Part shown: positions 1 to 9,186 of the stretch, piece after piece
Position numbering within the stretch: position 1 is the first letter of the stretch
Layout of the letters: every line of letters begins with the position of its first letter
Made by a program: the position numbers and the translations under genes
Source: Candidatus Nealsonbacteria bacterium RIFOXYB1_FULL_40_15
GTDB taxonomy: Bacteria > Patescibacteriota > Minisyncoccia > Minisyncoccales > GWA2-38-27
Assembly: GCA_001821555.1 (NCBI GenBank)
Contig: MHMM01000004.1
Location: forward strand, 47,525-111,524
Length of the DNA stretch: 64,000 bases
Reading direction: 5' to 3'
The notes under the pieces: generated by a model
Database searches by the model: none
What the model was told of the DNA's origin: nothing
Seen by the model: only the letters and a program-made list of their open reading frames with translations

Positions 1-273
1 TTTAAAGAATTATTTAATTTAAGCTGGAGACGCTGGGCTCAGCAGTATCAAATGGCTTATTGCGGATCAGCCCTTTTTAAGCACGGCGTGAGTAGGGAAA
101 GAATAGGTAAAATAATTTCATTTATGCCATCGCAAGAATTGAAAGATTTATCAGATTCAGATATTTTTTGGGATGAAATAGAATCCATTATTCCCCTGCA
201 AGTTGAGGAAGTTTATGATGCAACCGTTCCGGGAGTCCATAATTTTTTGCCAAACGGCATAGTAGCTCATAAC
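1..273 (+). mobile_element. Intein C-terminal part in DnaB
   Basis: VYDATVPGVHNFLPNGIVAHN followed by +1 Ser (SLEQDAD): typical block F/G with terminal His-Asn. Confidence 0.93.
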
Positions 274-471
274 TCGTTAGAACAGGATGCAGATGTGGTG
301 CTTTTCATATATAGAGAAGACAGGTACAATCCGGAAACTTCAAGAAAGAATATCGCCGATCTAATGATAGCAAAGCACAGGAATGGGCCTGTAGGAAAAG
401 TAGGCCTCTATTTTAACGATCAAACGGTGAGCTTTAAAAATCTTGAAAAACAACAGGAGTATCAGGAATAA
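1..471 (+). CDS. dnaB: Replicative DNA helicase DnaB, 3' part (5'-truncated by the window), containing the C-terminal end of an intein
   Basis: Frame is open from base 1. SLEQDADVVLFIYR...IAKHRNGPVG is the DnaB C-terminus, preceded by intein blocks F/G. Confidence 0.95.
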   Translation, partial: FKELFNLSWRRWAQQYQMAYCGSALFKHGVSRERIGKIISFMPSQELKDLSDSDIFWDEIESIIPLQVEEVYDATVPGVHNFLPNGIVAHNSLEQDADVVLFIYREDRYNPETSRKNIADLMIAKHRNGPVGKVGLYFNDQTVSFKNLEKQQEYQE

Positions 472-1049
472 TGAATTCAATCCAAAAGATAATAGGATTC
501 TTTTCAAAGTTTCCAACCATAGGCCCCAGAACAGCGGCGCGCTTTGCCTATTATCTTGTGAAACTGGAAAAGAAAGAGTTTAATGAATTTATTCATTCTT
601 TAGAAAGATTAAGAGACGATGTAAAGCTGTGTTCTTTCTGCTTCTGCCCCTTTGAATCAGAAGAATCTCTCTGCCCTATATGCTCTGATAAAACCAGGAG
701 CAGAGAATCTTTGTGCGTAGTAGAAAAAGAGCAAGACCTTCTTTCAATAGAGAAAACAAAGAAGTATAGGGGCCTTTATTTTATTCTGGGGGGAAATATA
801 AATCTAAAGAAAGAAAACGGCGCAAGAATAAATGAGCTCAAAGAAAGGATTGAGAAGATGAAATTCAAAGAGATAATCCTGGCTATAAATCCGACTCCCG
901 AAGGAGAAACTACGACTCTTTTCTTAGAAAGGGAGATTGAAAAATACAAAATAAAAACAAGCAGGCTTGGAAGAGGCCTGCCTGTCGGAGGAGAGATGGA
1001 ATATGCGGACGAAGAGACACTCTCCTCTGCCTTTGAAGGAAGAAAATAA
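471..1049 (+). CDS. recR: Recombination mediator RecR
   Basis: PTIGPRTAARFAY HhH motif, C4 zinc finger, Toprim (NPTPEGETT), RGLPVGGEMEYAD. Confidence 0.96.
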   Translation: MNSIQKIIGFFSKFPTIGPRTAARFAYYLVKLEKKEFNEFIHSLERLRDDVKLCSFCFCPFESEESLCPICSDKTRSRESLCVVEKEQDLLSIEKTKKYRGLYFILGGNINLKKENGARINELKERIEKMKFKEIILAINPTPEGETTTLFLEREIEKYKIKTSRLGRGLPVGGEMEYADEETLSSAFEGRK

Positions 1050-1050
1050 A

Positions 1051-1797
1051 TTAATGTTTTGCCAGCTTTATCGCAGAAGTAAAAAAGAAGATTATCTTAA
1101 GGGCTAAAATCAAAACAATTATTGTCCCAGAAGCCGTAAACATCCGGCGGTATAAAGCATTTCCTTCTTTTAGAACCTTGAATTCAGTCACATAGACGAC
1201 TTCGCAAGATCTGTCTCCGGTGTCTTCTCTTATGGTGCTGGTCGTGCGGGTTCCTGCCCCTATTTGATAGTTTACCAAATAACCCTTAAGGTAGATCTGA
1301 TCTCCTATTTGAGTTTTTTTGATATCCTTATACACTTCGTCGGTAGCAGGCAAGAGATGGTTGTTTGATCCGTAAGACCAAGAAAACTTCTGGTACCAGT
1401 TTCTATCAATTCCATTTTTAAATATTGGATAACAAGTAAATTCTCCGTGCTTAAATTTCATCTGCTGATAGACTTCGTTTTTTATATTATCTCCCCATAA
1501 AACGCATAAATCTTTTGTATTTAAAGGATCTGCTTTGTGGGCGTAGTCCAGCCAGTTTTCGCTGTCATACATGGATACCACCACTCCTCTAAGCTCATAT
1601 TCGTATCTTGGCGTTATATCGTAACCATAGCCTTCTTTTTCCTCGCAGAAAGGCTCAAGAATAGTTTCTGACTGAATCGGAGCAATATATATTTCGTTCA
1701 AGATTTCGTTCTTGTCCGGCAAATCATTTTTCTTAAAAAAAGAGAAAATAAAAAGAAATACGCTCAAAATCAGTATTATGCTAAATATTCTCCTCAT
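1051..1797 (-). CDS. Hypothetical protein with N- and C-terminal hydrophobic anchors
   Basis: 248-aa ORF with hydrophobic termini, in a co-oriented run of ORFs. Confidence 0.75.
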   Translation of the reverse strand: MRRIFSIILILSVFLFIFSFFKKNDLPDKNEILNEIYIAPIQSETILEPFCEEKEGYGYDITPRYEYELRGVVVSMYDSENWLDYAHKADPLNTKDLCVLWGDNIKNEVYQQMKFKHGEFTCYPIFKNGIDRNWYQKFSWSYGSNNHLLPATDEVYKDIKKTQIGDQIYLKGYLVNYQIGAGTRTTSTIREDTGDRSCEVVYVTEFKVLKEGNALYRRMFTASGTIIVLILALKIIFFFTSAIKLAKH

Positions 1798-2144
1798 AAA
1801 AATACTTCCAGAAACCTTATGACCAAAATGGTTGATAAAAATATGTAAATAAAATAATAAAATATTTTTACCTGGAGGTAGGTATTTTCATTTTTGAATT
1901 TAAATGCGATCGAAAAAGCATAGCTGATTGCTTCTTCAAGCCCTAAAAAATAAGCAATCCTGAATATATAGAGCAATGGCAGGGCTATCAAAAGAAGTAT
2001 TGACTTCAGAGAATAAATAAAAATTGTACTATCCATTAAAGAAACTTCCTGGGGGCTGGTAAGAAAAGAGCGTAATTCAAAAAGGTAAAAACAAAAACCC
2101 ACTATCTCAAAAAATAATTCTCTTTTAGACTCCTCTATCCTCAT
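1794..2144 (-). CDS. Hypothetical membrane protein
   Basis: 116 aa with about three hydrophobic segments; 4-bp overlap with the next gene. Confidence 0.6.
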   Translation of the reverse strand: MRIEESKRELFFEIVGFCFYLFELRSFLTSPQEVSLMDSTIFIYSLKSILLLIALPLLYIFRIAYFLGLEEAISYAFSIAFKFKNENTYLQVKIFYYFIYIFLSTILVIRFLEVFL

Positions 2145-2148
2145 TTGA

Positions 2149-2544
2149 TTAATCTAAATATTCAGGATGGCACTCGCTCTTCTGATGCAATGATTCAAAA
2201 ACTTTGTTTCTAAAAGATTCTTTTCTCATCAGATCCTCAATTTCTTTAACCTCGCTATTTAAGTTTTGGTTGTCCCATCCATACGCTTGCATAAGTGGCA
2301 GTATCCTGGAAGTAATGATTTGTTGGAACTTCTGACCTGCCGGGGAACCCGCCTCTTCCATAGTCATAATCCGTGGATGCAAAATATCCAAAGGCTTGCC
2401 CAAGCCAGAATCATTTCTTGCTTGAAATTCAACGCAATAAAGATTAGCAACCATATCTATTTCTTTTTGGCTCGGCTTGAAAAGGATAATAACTAAAATA
2501 ACGCCCATTGTTATAAAAATAATTAGGTATAGAATTTTTTTCAT
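2149..2544 (-). CDS. Hypothetical membrane-anchored protein (paralog of 2546..3010)
   Basis: N-terminal TM helix, two Cys, C-terminal pattern shared with the neighbour. Confidence 0.7.
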   Translation of the reverse strand: MKKILYLIIFITMGVILVIILFKPSQKEIDMVANLYCVEFQARNDSGLGKPLDILHPRIMTMEEAGSPAGQKFQQIITSRILPLMQAYGWDNQNLNSEVKEIEDLMRKESFRNKVFESLHQKSECHPEYLD

Positions 2545-2545
2545 A

Positions 2546-3010
2546 TTAATTTACACAGTTTCTTTTTTTAAGAGCTTGATAAACTTTATCGTAAAACTTA
2601 TCATTTTTCATCATTATTTGAATTTCCAAAATTTCTTTCTCCATCTCGTCCGAAGTTAATCGGTGCTTTTCTGCGATTTGATTCATCTTAATCTGCATTT
2701 GATAAGACATTGCTTCTCCGTTCTTCATAAACTCGTCATAGGAAAAATCTGAACTATACGAGCCAAATGCACTCTTTAATACTTCTTGTGTTGCGCAAGT
2801 ATAATCAACCATGATTTCAATTTTCTTTTTTTCATCCGCCCTTTTAACTTGGAAATAAATTCCTATGCCAGCTATTGCAACTAAAAAAATAATTCCTGTA
2901 ATCAGCCTATAATTGAGCGGCCTAGAAACATAGTTTACCTCCTTGTTATCTTTTTGTCCGCCTTCTTCCGTCGGCACGGGGAAGGGAGAATTGTCATATT
3001 CATTTTCCAT
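2546..3010 (-). CDS. Hypothetical membrane-anchored protein (paralog of 2149..2544)
   Basis: Single TM helix, two Cys, shared C-terminal pattern. Confidence 0.7.
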   Translation of the reverse strand: MENEYDNSPFPVPTEEGGQKDNKEVNYVSRPLNYRLITGIIFLVAIAGIGIYFQVKRADEKKKIEIMVDYTCATQEVLKSAFGSYSSDFSYDEFMKNGEAMSYQMQIKMNQIAEKHRLTSDEMEKEILEIQIMMKNDKFYDKVYQALKKRNCVN

Positions 3011-3113
3011 AACTTTTATTCTTTAAAATAAGGGGTCAACGCATTTTTAATTAACCTTCCGTCAAAATCATTCGGAATTTTTCCAGCATTTTCTTATTGT
3101 AGATTAAAAATTT

Positions 3114-3148
3114 AAAAAAAACAGCCTGTTTTATGCACAGGCTGTCTT
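3114..3148 (-). terminator. Intrinsic terminator after rplU
   Basis: ACAGCCTG/CAGGCTGT stem followed by a U-tract on the minus strand. Confidence 0.7.
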
Positions 3149-3460
3149 TTAAACTTCTATCTTGGTAATTTCAACCTCGGTATAGGGCTGTCTGTGGCCC
3201 TTTTTGGTTTTGTGCCTTGTCTTCGGCTTATACCTAAAAACAATGACCTTGTCTGCCTTGTCGTTCTTCAGCACCTTGGCTGAAACAGAAGCTCCTTTCA
3301 CCAGAGGATTCCCTATTTGGATCTTATTGCTCTTCTCTACAAGCAAAACATCCTTGAAAACCACCTCCTTTCCCTCTTCTTTCTCCAGCTTCTCTACTCT
3401 TATTTTGTCTCCGGGAGAAACCTTGTACTGTTTGCCCCCTGTTTTTATCACAGCTATCAT
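3149..3460 (-). CDS. rplU: 50S ribosomal protein L21
   Basis: AVIKTGGKQYKV...GHRQPYT. Confidence 0.98.
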   Translation of the reverse strand: MIAVIKTGGKQYKVSPGDKIRVEKLEKEEGKEVVFKDVLLVEKSNKIQIGNPLVKGASVSAKVLKNDKADKVIVFRYKPKTRHKTKKGHRQPYTEVEITKIEV

Positions 3461-3461
3461 A

Positions 3462-4484
3462 TTATTCTTCTATCAGTGGAGTTTCTAATTCCTCCTCCTG
3501 CGCTTTAATATTAGTTTGGCTACCTGTTATTTTTACCACATCTTTATCCACTTTGGCAAGCTCTTTGTATGCTTTATTGTATGTTCCGACCGCAACCCCC
3601 ATATGGCTTCCAAGTTTTTTCATATAATCTGAATAGGATCCTAGGTGCTTTCCAAGTCTCTCAACCTGCTTGATTATCTCTCTTGCCTGCTCTGAAATCT
3701 TCTGATTTCTAAGCCCCTGAAGGACAGTCTGCAGATATGCCAAAAAAGAAGTTGGGGAAACTATAACTACTTTCTTTTTCCCGGCATAATATATCAGGTT
3801 GTTTGTTTCTGAAGGAATACTTCCAACCTTATTTATCAAAAGGTCGTAATACACCGCTTCGGAGGGTATAAACATAAACGCAAAATCAGTCGTATTCTCT
3901 TCGGGCTTTACATATTTGGAAGTTTCTTCTATTCTTGTCTTTATATCTGAAATAAAGGCGGACTCAAATCTTTTTCTTTCTTCTCCCGAAGATTCTACCG
4001 CCCTATTGTAATTTTCCAAGCTGAATTTAGAATCAATCGGGATAACAAGCTTCCCAACAAAAATAGCGGCATCTACGATAACCCCGTCGGAAAATCCGTA
4101 CTGCATCTGATAGGCAGAAGGAGGAAGCACGTTCTTAAGCACCGTCTCAAGATAGTACTCTCCCAGCACTCCCCTTTGCTTTGGATTCTTAAGGACGTCT
4201 TGAAGATTTTTCAGCTGATCTGCAAAGCCTATAACCTGTTTGTTTGTCTCATCAAGTCTTGTGAGTTTTTCCGTTACATTCTGAATTATTTTTGCCGATT
4301 CTGAAAATTGCGACTGCATAGACCTATTGGACTCCGAAAGCTTTGAATCTATCGTCTGTTGAAGATTGTTCAGCTGTTGCTGCATCATCAACAAAGGGCC
4401 GGAATTGTTTCTCCTTAATATTAAAAAAAATACCGCGACCGCAAATGCTATGAAAATAAGTCCGATTATCAATGTTAAATCCAT
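3462..4484 (-). CDS. rmuC: DNA recombination protein RmuC
   Basis: N-terminal TM and coiled coil; RGVLGEYYLE, IDSKF, FMFIPSE, VSPTS motifs. Confidence 0.93.
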   Translation of the reverse strand: MDLTLIIGLIFIAFAVAVFFLILRRNNSGPLLMMQQQLNNLQQTIDSKLSESNRSMQSQFSESAKIIQNVTEKLTRLDETNKQVIGFADQLKNLQDVLKNPKQRGVLGEYYLETVLKNVLPPSAYQMQYGFSDGVIVDAAIFVGKLVIPIDSKFSLENYNRAVESSGEERKRFESAFISDIKTRIEETSKYVKPEENTTDFAFMFIPSEAVYYDLLINKVGSIPSETNNLIYYAGKKKVVIVSPTSFLAYLQTVLQGLRNQKISEQAREIIKQVERLGKHLGSYSDYMKKLGSHMGVAVGTYNKAYKELAKVDKDVVKITGSQTNIKAQEEELETPLIEE

Positions 4485-4501
4485 AAATATATATTAGTAG
4501 A

Positions 4502-5470
4502 TTAAGCCTGGAAAGCAAGCTCTGCAAATACGAAAATAAGATAGACTGCGATTAGTATCGCGGCTTCTGATCTTGTTATCTTTTTGTCCGTTTTTATAAA
4601 CACCAGGAAAAATAAGGCCGATAAAACTAGAAAAAATCTTGCAATAATAAAAGGGCTTAAGGTTTCTAAATGAATCGGGTGGATTAAAACAACCAAACCC
4701 AGGACAAAAGTAGCAGTCATTATCACAGATCCCATCAGATCCCCTAAAATCATCCATGTTCTTCCTTTTTTAGCGGAAATTGTTGCGAAATAAGTTTCGG
4801 GCAGGGCGTTTCCAAGGCCTATTATGATAATCCCCACAAAAGAAATGCCTACGCCCAAACAAATCGCAAAAAACTTAGCTGACTCCACTACGCCCCAGGC
4901 GCCAATGAGAATAAGCAAAGCGAAGAAAAGAGACCGAACAAAATCCCATAAAAACACTCTAAAATCCAAAAACGGTTTTGTTCTCTTATGGTTTACTGAA
5001 TTAGAAATTTGGTTTTTAAAATTTTCTTTCTTCGAAAAGAGCCATACGACATAAATCGCAAAGAAAAGTAAAAGAGCTGATCCGTCTATCCTGCTTAAGT
5101 TTTTATCCAAAATAAGAATCCAGGGCAGAAAAGCGGCAATGACAGTAAAAATCGTGCTTGCTTGAACCATTCTACTTTTTACGGATATACTTCTACCAGA
5201 CACCAAAATAGCAAGCCCTACAGCCAAAGTCATATCAATAACATTCCCGCCGACTATTTCTCCGAAGGAAAGTTCTGGTATCCCCTGTAATGCCGCATTT
5301 AATCCAACAAAGAAGTTAGGCAAGGACCCTGCTACTGCTATAATAAAAAAAGCAACTACAAATTCCCTCCACCCCAGATATTTTGCCATTCTTTCCAGCA
5401 CTTCGACAAGCCTGGATCCTGACCAGAACAGAAGAAGGCACGAAATAATAAATACCAATATCCAGATCAT
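4502..5470 (-). CDS. Sodium:calcium antiporter (CaCA family)
   Basis: Two alpha repeats (GSLPN; GNALPE) and many TMs. Start moved to the ATG at 5470, which overlaps the ATPase stop (ATGA). Confidence 0.88.
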   Translation of the reverse strand: MIWILVFIISCLLLFWSGSRLVEVLERMAKYLGWREFVVAFFIIAVAGSLPNFFVGLNAALQGIPELSFGEIVGGNVIDMTLAVGLAILVSGRSISVKSRMVQASTIFTVIAAFLPWILILDKNLSRIDGSALLLFFAIYVVWLFSKKENFKNQISNSVNHKRTKPFLDFRVFLWDFVRSLFFALLILIGAWGVVESAKFFAICLGVGISFVGIIIIGLGNALPETYFATISAKKGRTWMILGDLMGSVIMTATFVLGLVVLIHPIHLETLSPFIIARFFLVLSALFFLVFIKTDKKITRSEAAILIAVYLIFVFAELAFQA

Positions 5471-8046
5471 CTTCTGCTTATAAAAATTAGTTTTGTAATT
5501 TCTATCAAAACAAGGTTTGAAAGCCCTAACCCTCCCAATATGAGCCAATCATAAAAGTTCAGGGGAACGACTTTTAAAAGATTTTGCAGGGGGGCTAAAT
5601 AAATCGTCGCTATTAATATAATTATACTAAAAAGCCAGGCTCCCACCAATAGCTTGTTTGAGAGGGGGTTTATTTTCCATATGTTTTTTCTCAAGCTCTT
5701 GCATGAGAGAATATAAAATATGGAATCTATGGCAAGGCCAGAAAAAATCATTGTCCTTATATGATCCATAGAATAATCCGTAAACTTATAAAGATAAAAA
5801 AACAATCCTAATAGGAAGATGTCTGTTAGTATTCCTATCACGAATATAAGTATTTTCATTTCAAGATCTAAAAGCGGAGCATTATGCCCATAAGGCCTCT
5901 GTTTCATTATGTCTTTTTCTTTAGGTTCAAAAGCAAGGGCTGCGTTAGGAAGCCCGTCTTCAATAAGATTAATCCAGAGAATCTGCCCCGCAGTCACGGG
6001 AATCGGAAACCCAAAAACAATGCTTGCCCCTATAAGAATAGTTTCTGTAAAAGAGCTTGAGAGAAGATAAGTTATCACCTTTCTGATATTGTCTATTATC
6101 CCCCTTCCCTCTTCAACAGCCGAAACCATAACATCAAAATTATCAGAAATTAAAACTAAGTCAGACACTTCTTTTGCAACTTCTGTTCCCGAACCTAGAG
6201 CCACTCCTATATCAGCTTTTTTCAGGGCCGGAGCATCATTAATCCCGTCCCCCGTCATTGCTATAACTTCCCCCCTTTCCTGCCAGGCCGAGATTATCCT
6301 CATTTTATGCAAAGGCTCCACTCTTGCGTAAACTCCGATCTTTCCGACAACTCTTGAAAGTTCTTGATCGGACATCTCATCCAAATCCTTCCCCTCTAAT
6401 ACGTTATCAGTGTTTATTCCCAACTCCTTAGCCACAGAGACGGCTGTAAGCATGTGGTCTCCTGTAACTATAATAGGGGTCATTCCCGCTTCTTTGCATG
6501 TCCTTATGGCGTCATAAGCTTCTTTTCTAATAGGATCCCTAAGAGCTATTAATCCGGCAAAAACTATGTCTTCAAAAAGATTCTTAAGATTATCTATTTC
6601 TTTGTACCCCATAGCAACAACCCTTAGCCCCCTTGAAGCTAGGTCTTCCACATTTATTCTTATCTCTTCTTCTAGCTCAGAGGTCATTTTCAGAGCTTCT
6701 CCCCCAGAGGAAACAAAACTAGCCATTCTCAAAAGCTTTTCGGGGGCGCCTGCGATATAGATGATATCTCTGTTTTTGGATATGCTAAACGCCTTAGCCA
6801 AATATTTGTTCTTAGGGTTGAATGGAAGCTCCGCTATTTTTAAAAGTTTTGACTCAAGGCGGCTCTTGTCCATTCCTGCATGCATTCCGGCTAAAAGCAG
6901 GGCTTTGTCGGTCGGCTTTCCTCTCACAACCCATTCTGAAGCAGAATCATCCGGGTTCTCTATAAAAGCTTCTGCGGTAAGCACCGCTATTTCAAGAACA
7001 ATTCTTTTATCCTCCTCCGTCTTTGCGGAGATTTCCGCCACCTCCATTTTTCCTTCGGTGAGAGTGCCCGTTTTGTCAGTCGCTATTACAGAACAAGAAC
7101 CCAAGGTCTCTGCTGATGAAAGCTTCCTCACGAGGCCCTTTTTTTTCATTATCCTCTGCATTCCCAAAGCCAATATAACAGTCATCGCGACTGGCAATCC
7201 TTCGGGAACAGCGGCAACCGAAACCGCAACCGCTATAGTGAACATTTCAATAAAGCTGTTCCCTGCAATCATTCCCTCTACAAAAATAAGAAGGCAGAGG
7301 GCGATTATGACAATTCCCAGTATTGAAGAGAATTTGCTGATTTTTTTCTGCAACGGAGTCTTTTCTTCTTTCTCGGAAGAAACCATTTCGGCTATTTTCC
7401 CTATTTCGGTATTCAGCCCCGTTTCCACGACAATGGCCTTAGCCCTTCCATCTTCTGCGACGGTGCCCATATAGGCCATATTGTCTCTGTCCGCAAGATC
7501 TATGCTTAATTTTAAGGAATCGTTCTTTTTTTCAGCAGAAATCCATTCTCCCGTAAGAGCCATTTCGTTGACCTTAAAATTATCACAACTGATGATTCTT
7601 GCGTCAGCAGGAACTTTGCTCCCCGAATTTAAGATTATAATATCCCCTGGAACAAGCTCTGATGAATCTACTATTTTCCTATTCCCCTCCCTTATAACTT
7701 CTGCTTCCAGGGTTATAAGATCCTTAAGTTTTGACAGGGATTTATTGGCTTTGTTTTCCTGAAGGTATCCTACAAAAGTATTTATAACCACTGCTCCAAA
7801 TATAACCAAAGCATCCGTATAATCTTTGAACGTCAAAACAATAATTCCTGCTATCAGGAGAATGTATATTAGAGGGCTTTTGAACTGCCCAAAAAGTATA
7901 TGAAGCCCGGACAGGGGCTTTTCTCTGGGGAGCAGATTGAGGCCGTATTTTTCTTTTCTTAACTCCGCCTCTTCTAACGCCAGTCCTTGTCTAAAATCAG
8001 ACCCTAGCGCCCTGACTGCTTCTTCCCAGGTTATGCTATGCCACAT
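5467..8046 (-). CDS. Cation-transporting P-type ATPase (type IIA, Ca2+-like)
   Basis: LTGE, VPEGLP, DKTGTLT, TGDH, TGDGINDAPAL motifs. Confidence 0.96.
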   Translation of the reverse strand: MWHSITWEEAVRALGSDFRQGLALEEAELRKEKYGLNLLPREKPLSGLHILFGQFKSPLIYILLIAGIIVLTFKDYTDALVIFGAVVINTFVGYLQENKANKSLSKLKDLITLEAEVIREGNRKIVDSSELVPGDIIILNSGSKVPADARIISCDNFKVNEMALTGEWISAEKKNDSLKLSIDLADRDNMAYMGTVAEDGRAKAIVVETGLNTEIGKIAEMVSSEKEEKTPLQKKISKFSSILGIVIIALCLLIFVEGMIAGNSFIEMFTIAVAVSVAAVPEGLPVAMTVILALGMQRIMKKKGLVRKLSSAETLGSCSVIATDKTGTLTEGKMEVAEISAKTEEDKRIVLEIAVLTAEAFIENPDDSASEWVVRGKPTDKALLLAGMHAGMDKSRLESKLLKIAELPFNPKNKYLAKAFSISKNRDIIYIAGAPEKLLRMASFVSSGGEALKMTSELEEEIRINVEDLASRGLRVVAMGYKEIDNLKNLFEDIVFAGLIALRDPIRKEAYDAIRTCKEAGMTPIIVTGDHMLTAVSVAKELGINTDNVLEGKDLDEMSDQELSRVVGKIGVYARVEPLHKMRIISAWQERGEVIAMTGDGINDAPALKKADIGVALGSGTEVAKEVSDLVLISDNFDVMVSAVEEGRGIIDNIRKVITYLLSSSFTETILIGASIVFGFPIPVTAGQILWINLIEDGLPNAALAFEPKEKDIMKQRPYGHNAPLLDLEMKILIFVIGILTDIFLLGLFFYLYKFTDYSMDHIRTMIFSGLAIDSIFYILSCKSLRKNIWKINPLSNKLLVGAWLFSIIILIATIYLAPLQNLLKVVPLNFYDWLILGGLGLSNLVLIEITKLIFISRR

Positions 8047-8091
8047 TATTTAATTTTACCATTCTTAGCTCATATTAGCTCTGTGGAAAAG

Positions 8092-8121
8092 AAAAAGGGC
8101 AGTCCTCAAGCAGGGCTGCCC
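8092..8121 (-). terminator. Intrinsic terminator after the small ORF
   Basis: GGGCAGCCCT/AGGACTGCCC stem followed by a U-tract. Confidence 0.65.
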
Positions 8122-8138
8122 ATCAAGGAGATCATGAT

Positions 8139-8324
8139 TCAAGCCGGAATGGGCATATGGTAGCCCTCCGTCAAGGTAAAGGCACAAAAACTTTCCAGCC
8201 AAGTCATTTCATCGGCAGTCAGTCCTTCCTCAATATTGATCCTTCTGATTCTCTCAGGTTCCACGCTCAGGGAAATAGCTTGGTTGTCCTCGACCCCTAC
8301 TGCTTGCTCAATCTTTTTGCACAT
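8139..8324 (-). CDS. Small hypothetical protein (61 aa, MCKKIEQAVG...)
   Basis: AGGAGG SD upstream of the ATG at 8324; own terminator downstream. Confidence 0.55.
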   Translation of the reverse strand: MCKKIEQAVGVEDNQAISLSVEPERIRRINIEEGLTADEMTWLESFCAFTLTEGYHMPIPA

Positions 8325-8369
8325 AGTTAAACCTCCTATATATATAAGGTGCAAAAAAGTGCTACGGCA

Positions 8370-8448
8370 GTCGCATAATAAATCTGCTTTTGCAAATTTA
8401 CTCGCAACGGCCACGTTTAAATTTGACTGTGGCAAATTTATTACGTGG
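8370..8448 (-). repeat. tRNA 3'-end double-hairpin repeat, diverged copy
   Basis: ccacgtttaaattt...gcaaatttattacgtgg core matches the three copies at 60.5-61.3 kb. Confidence 0.85.
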
Positions 8449-8521
8449 CGCTCCCAACCGGAGTCGAACCGGTGTTGCATGATTGAGAATCATGCGTCCT
8501 GGACCACTAGACGATGGGAGC
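8446..8521 (-). tRNA. tRNA-Glu(CTC)
   Basis: Cloverleaf; anticodon arm CATGA-TTCTCAA-TCATG; CCA encoded. Confidence 0.96.
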
Positions 8522-8551
8522 TTAAACAGATAATAACATTTCCAAGAGATA

Positions 8552-8580
8552 TTGACAAGAGGAAAAATAGGTGCTAATAT
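8552..8580 (+). promoter_or_regulatory. sigma70-type promoter of the amidase gene
   Basis: TTGACA-N17-TAATAT with TG extension. Confidence 0.6.
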
Positions 8581-8647
8581 TAGACTAGCTCTTTTTAAGC
8601 AATGTGCTTGAAAAAGCTCTAAAAGTACTGTTTTTGTGGGGGCAACC

Positions 8648-9139
8648 ATGAAAAAGATTGTGTTCTTTCTTACTCCTCTTCTTCTCGTGTCATCAGGAGA
8701 AATGAAGGATAGGAAGAACACGGAGGTTCTTATTATCCACCACTCCGACACAGAAGAAGGAAATGTGGAGGCATTCAGGCGCTTTCATAAAGATGAATAT
8801 GGATGGCCGGATGTCGGCTATCACTTTGTAGTCACCAATGGCAAGGGAGGAGAGGACGGCCAAATACAAATAGGCCGCTCTCTTGAAAAAATAGGGGCTC
8901 ATGCTAAAGCTAGAGGCAGGAATTCAAATTCAGTCGGAATCTGCCTTGTCGGCGAAAATCAGTTTACAGAGAAGCAGATCCAAAACTGCTTCATACTCGT
9001 GGCTTTTCTATGCCACAAGTATGGGTTTGAGCCTTCCGAGAAAACGGTTCAGAGGCACCACGAAAAGTGCCCCGGACCAGGCCTGGATTTACAATACATA
9101 ATTGAAAACGCCAAATGGTACAAGGAGGAGTATTTCTAG
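8648..9139 (+). CDS. N-acetylmuramoyl-L-alanine amidase (Amidase_2/PGRP family), probably secreted
   Basis: IIHHS, GWPDVGYHF, GAHA, SVGICLVG, H...CPG motifs; signal-like N-terminus. Confidence 0.92.
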   Translation: MKKIVFFLTPLLLVSSGEMKDRKNTEVLIIHHSDTEEGNVEAFRRFHKDEYGWPDVGYHFVVTNGKGGEDGQIQIGRSLEKIGAHAKARGRNSNSVGICLVGENQFTEKQIQNCFILVAFLCHKYGFEPSEKTVQRHHEKCPGPGLDLQYIIENAKWYKEEYF

Positions 9140-9149
9140 CAGGATGCTG

Positions 9150-9186
9150 CCCCCGAGACAAGGACGTCTCGGGGACTTTTTTATTT
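9150..9186 (+). terminator. Intrinsic terminator between the amidase and the convergent PBP gene
   Basis: CCCCGAGAC/GTCTCGGGG stem followed by a T-tract. Confidence 0.7.

Noticed and set aside
6089-7762. Long + strand ORFs antisense to the P-type ATPase (and similar shadows over clp, gyrB, PheRS, rnhB, gatA)
   Set aside because: They are antisense shadows of well-supported genes and carry no recognisable motifs.
8325-8480. Longer 113-aa version of the 8139 ORF, and ORFs 61068..61265 and 61192..61563
   Set aside because: These frames run through tRNA genes and the hairpin repeat and are incidental.
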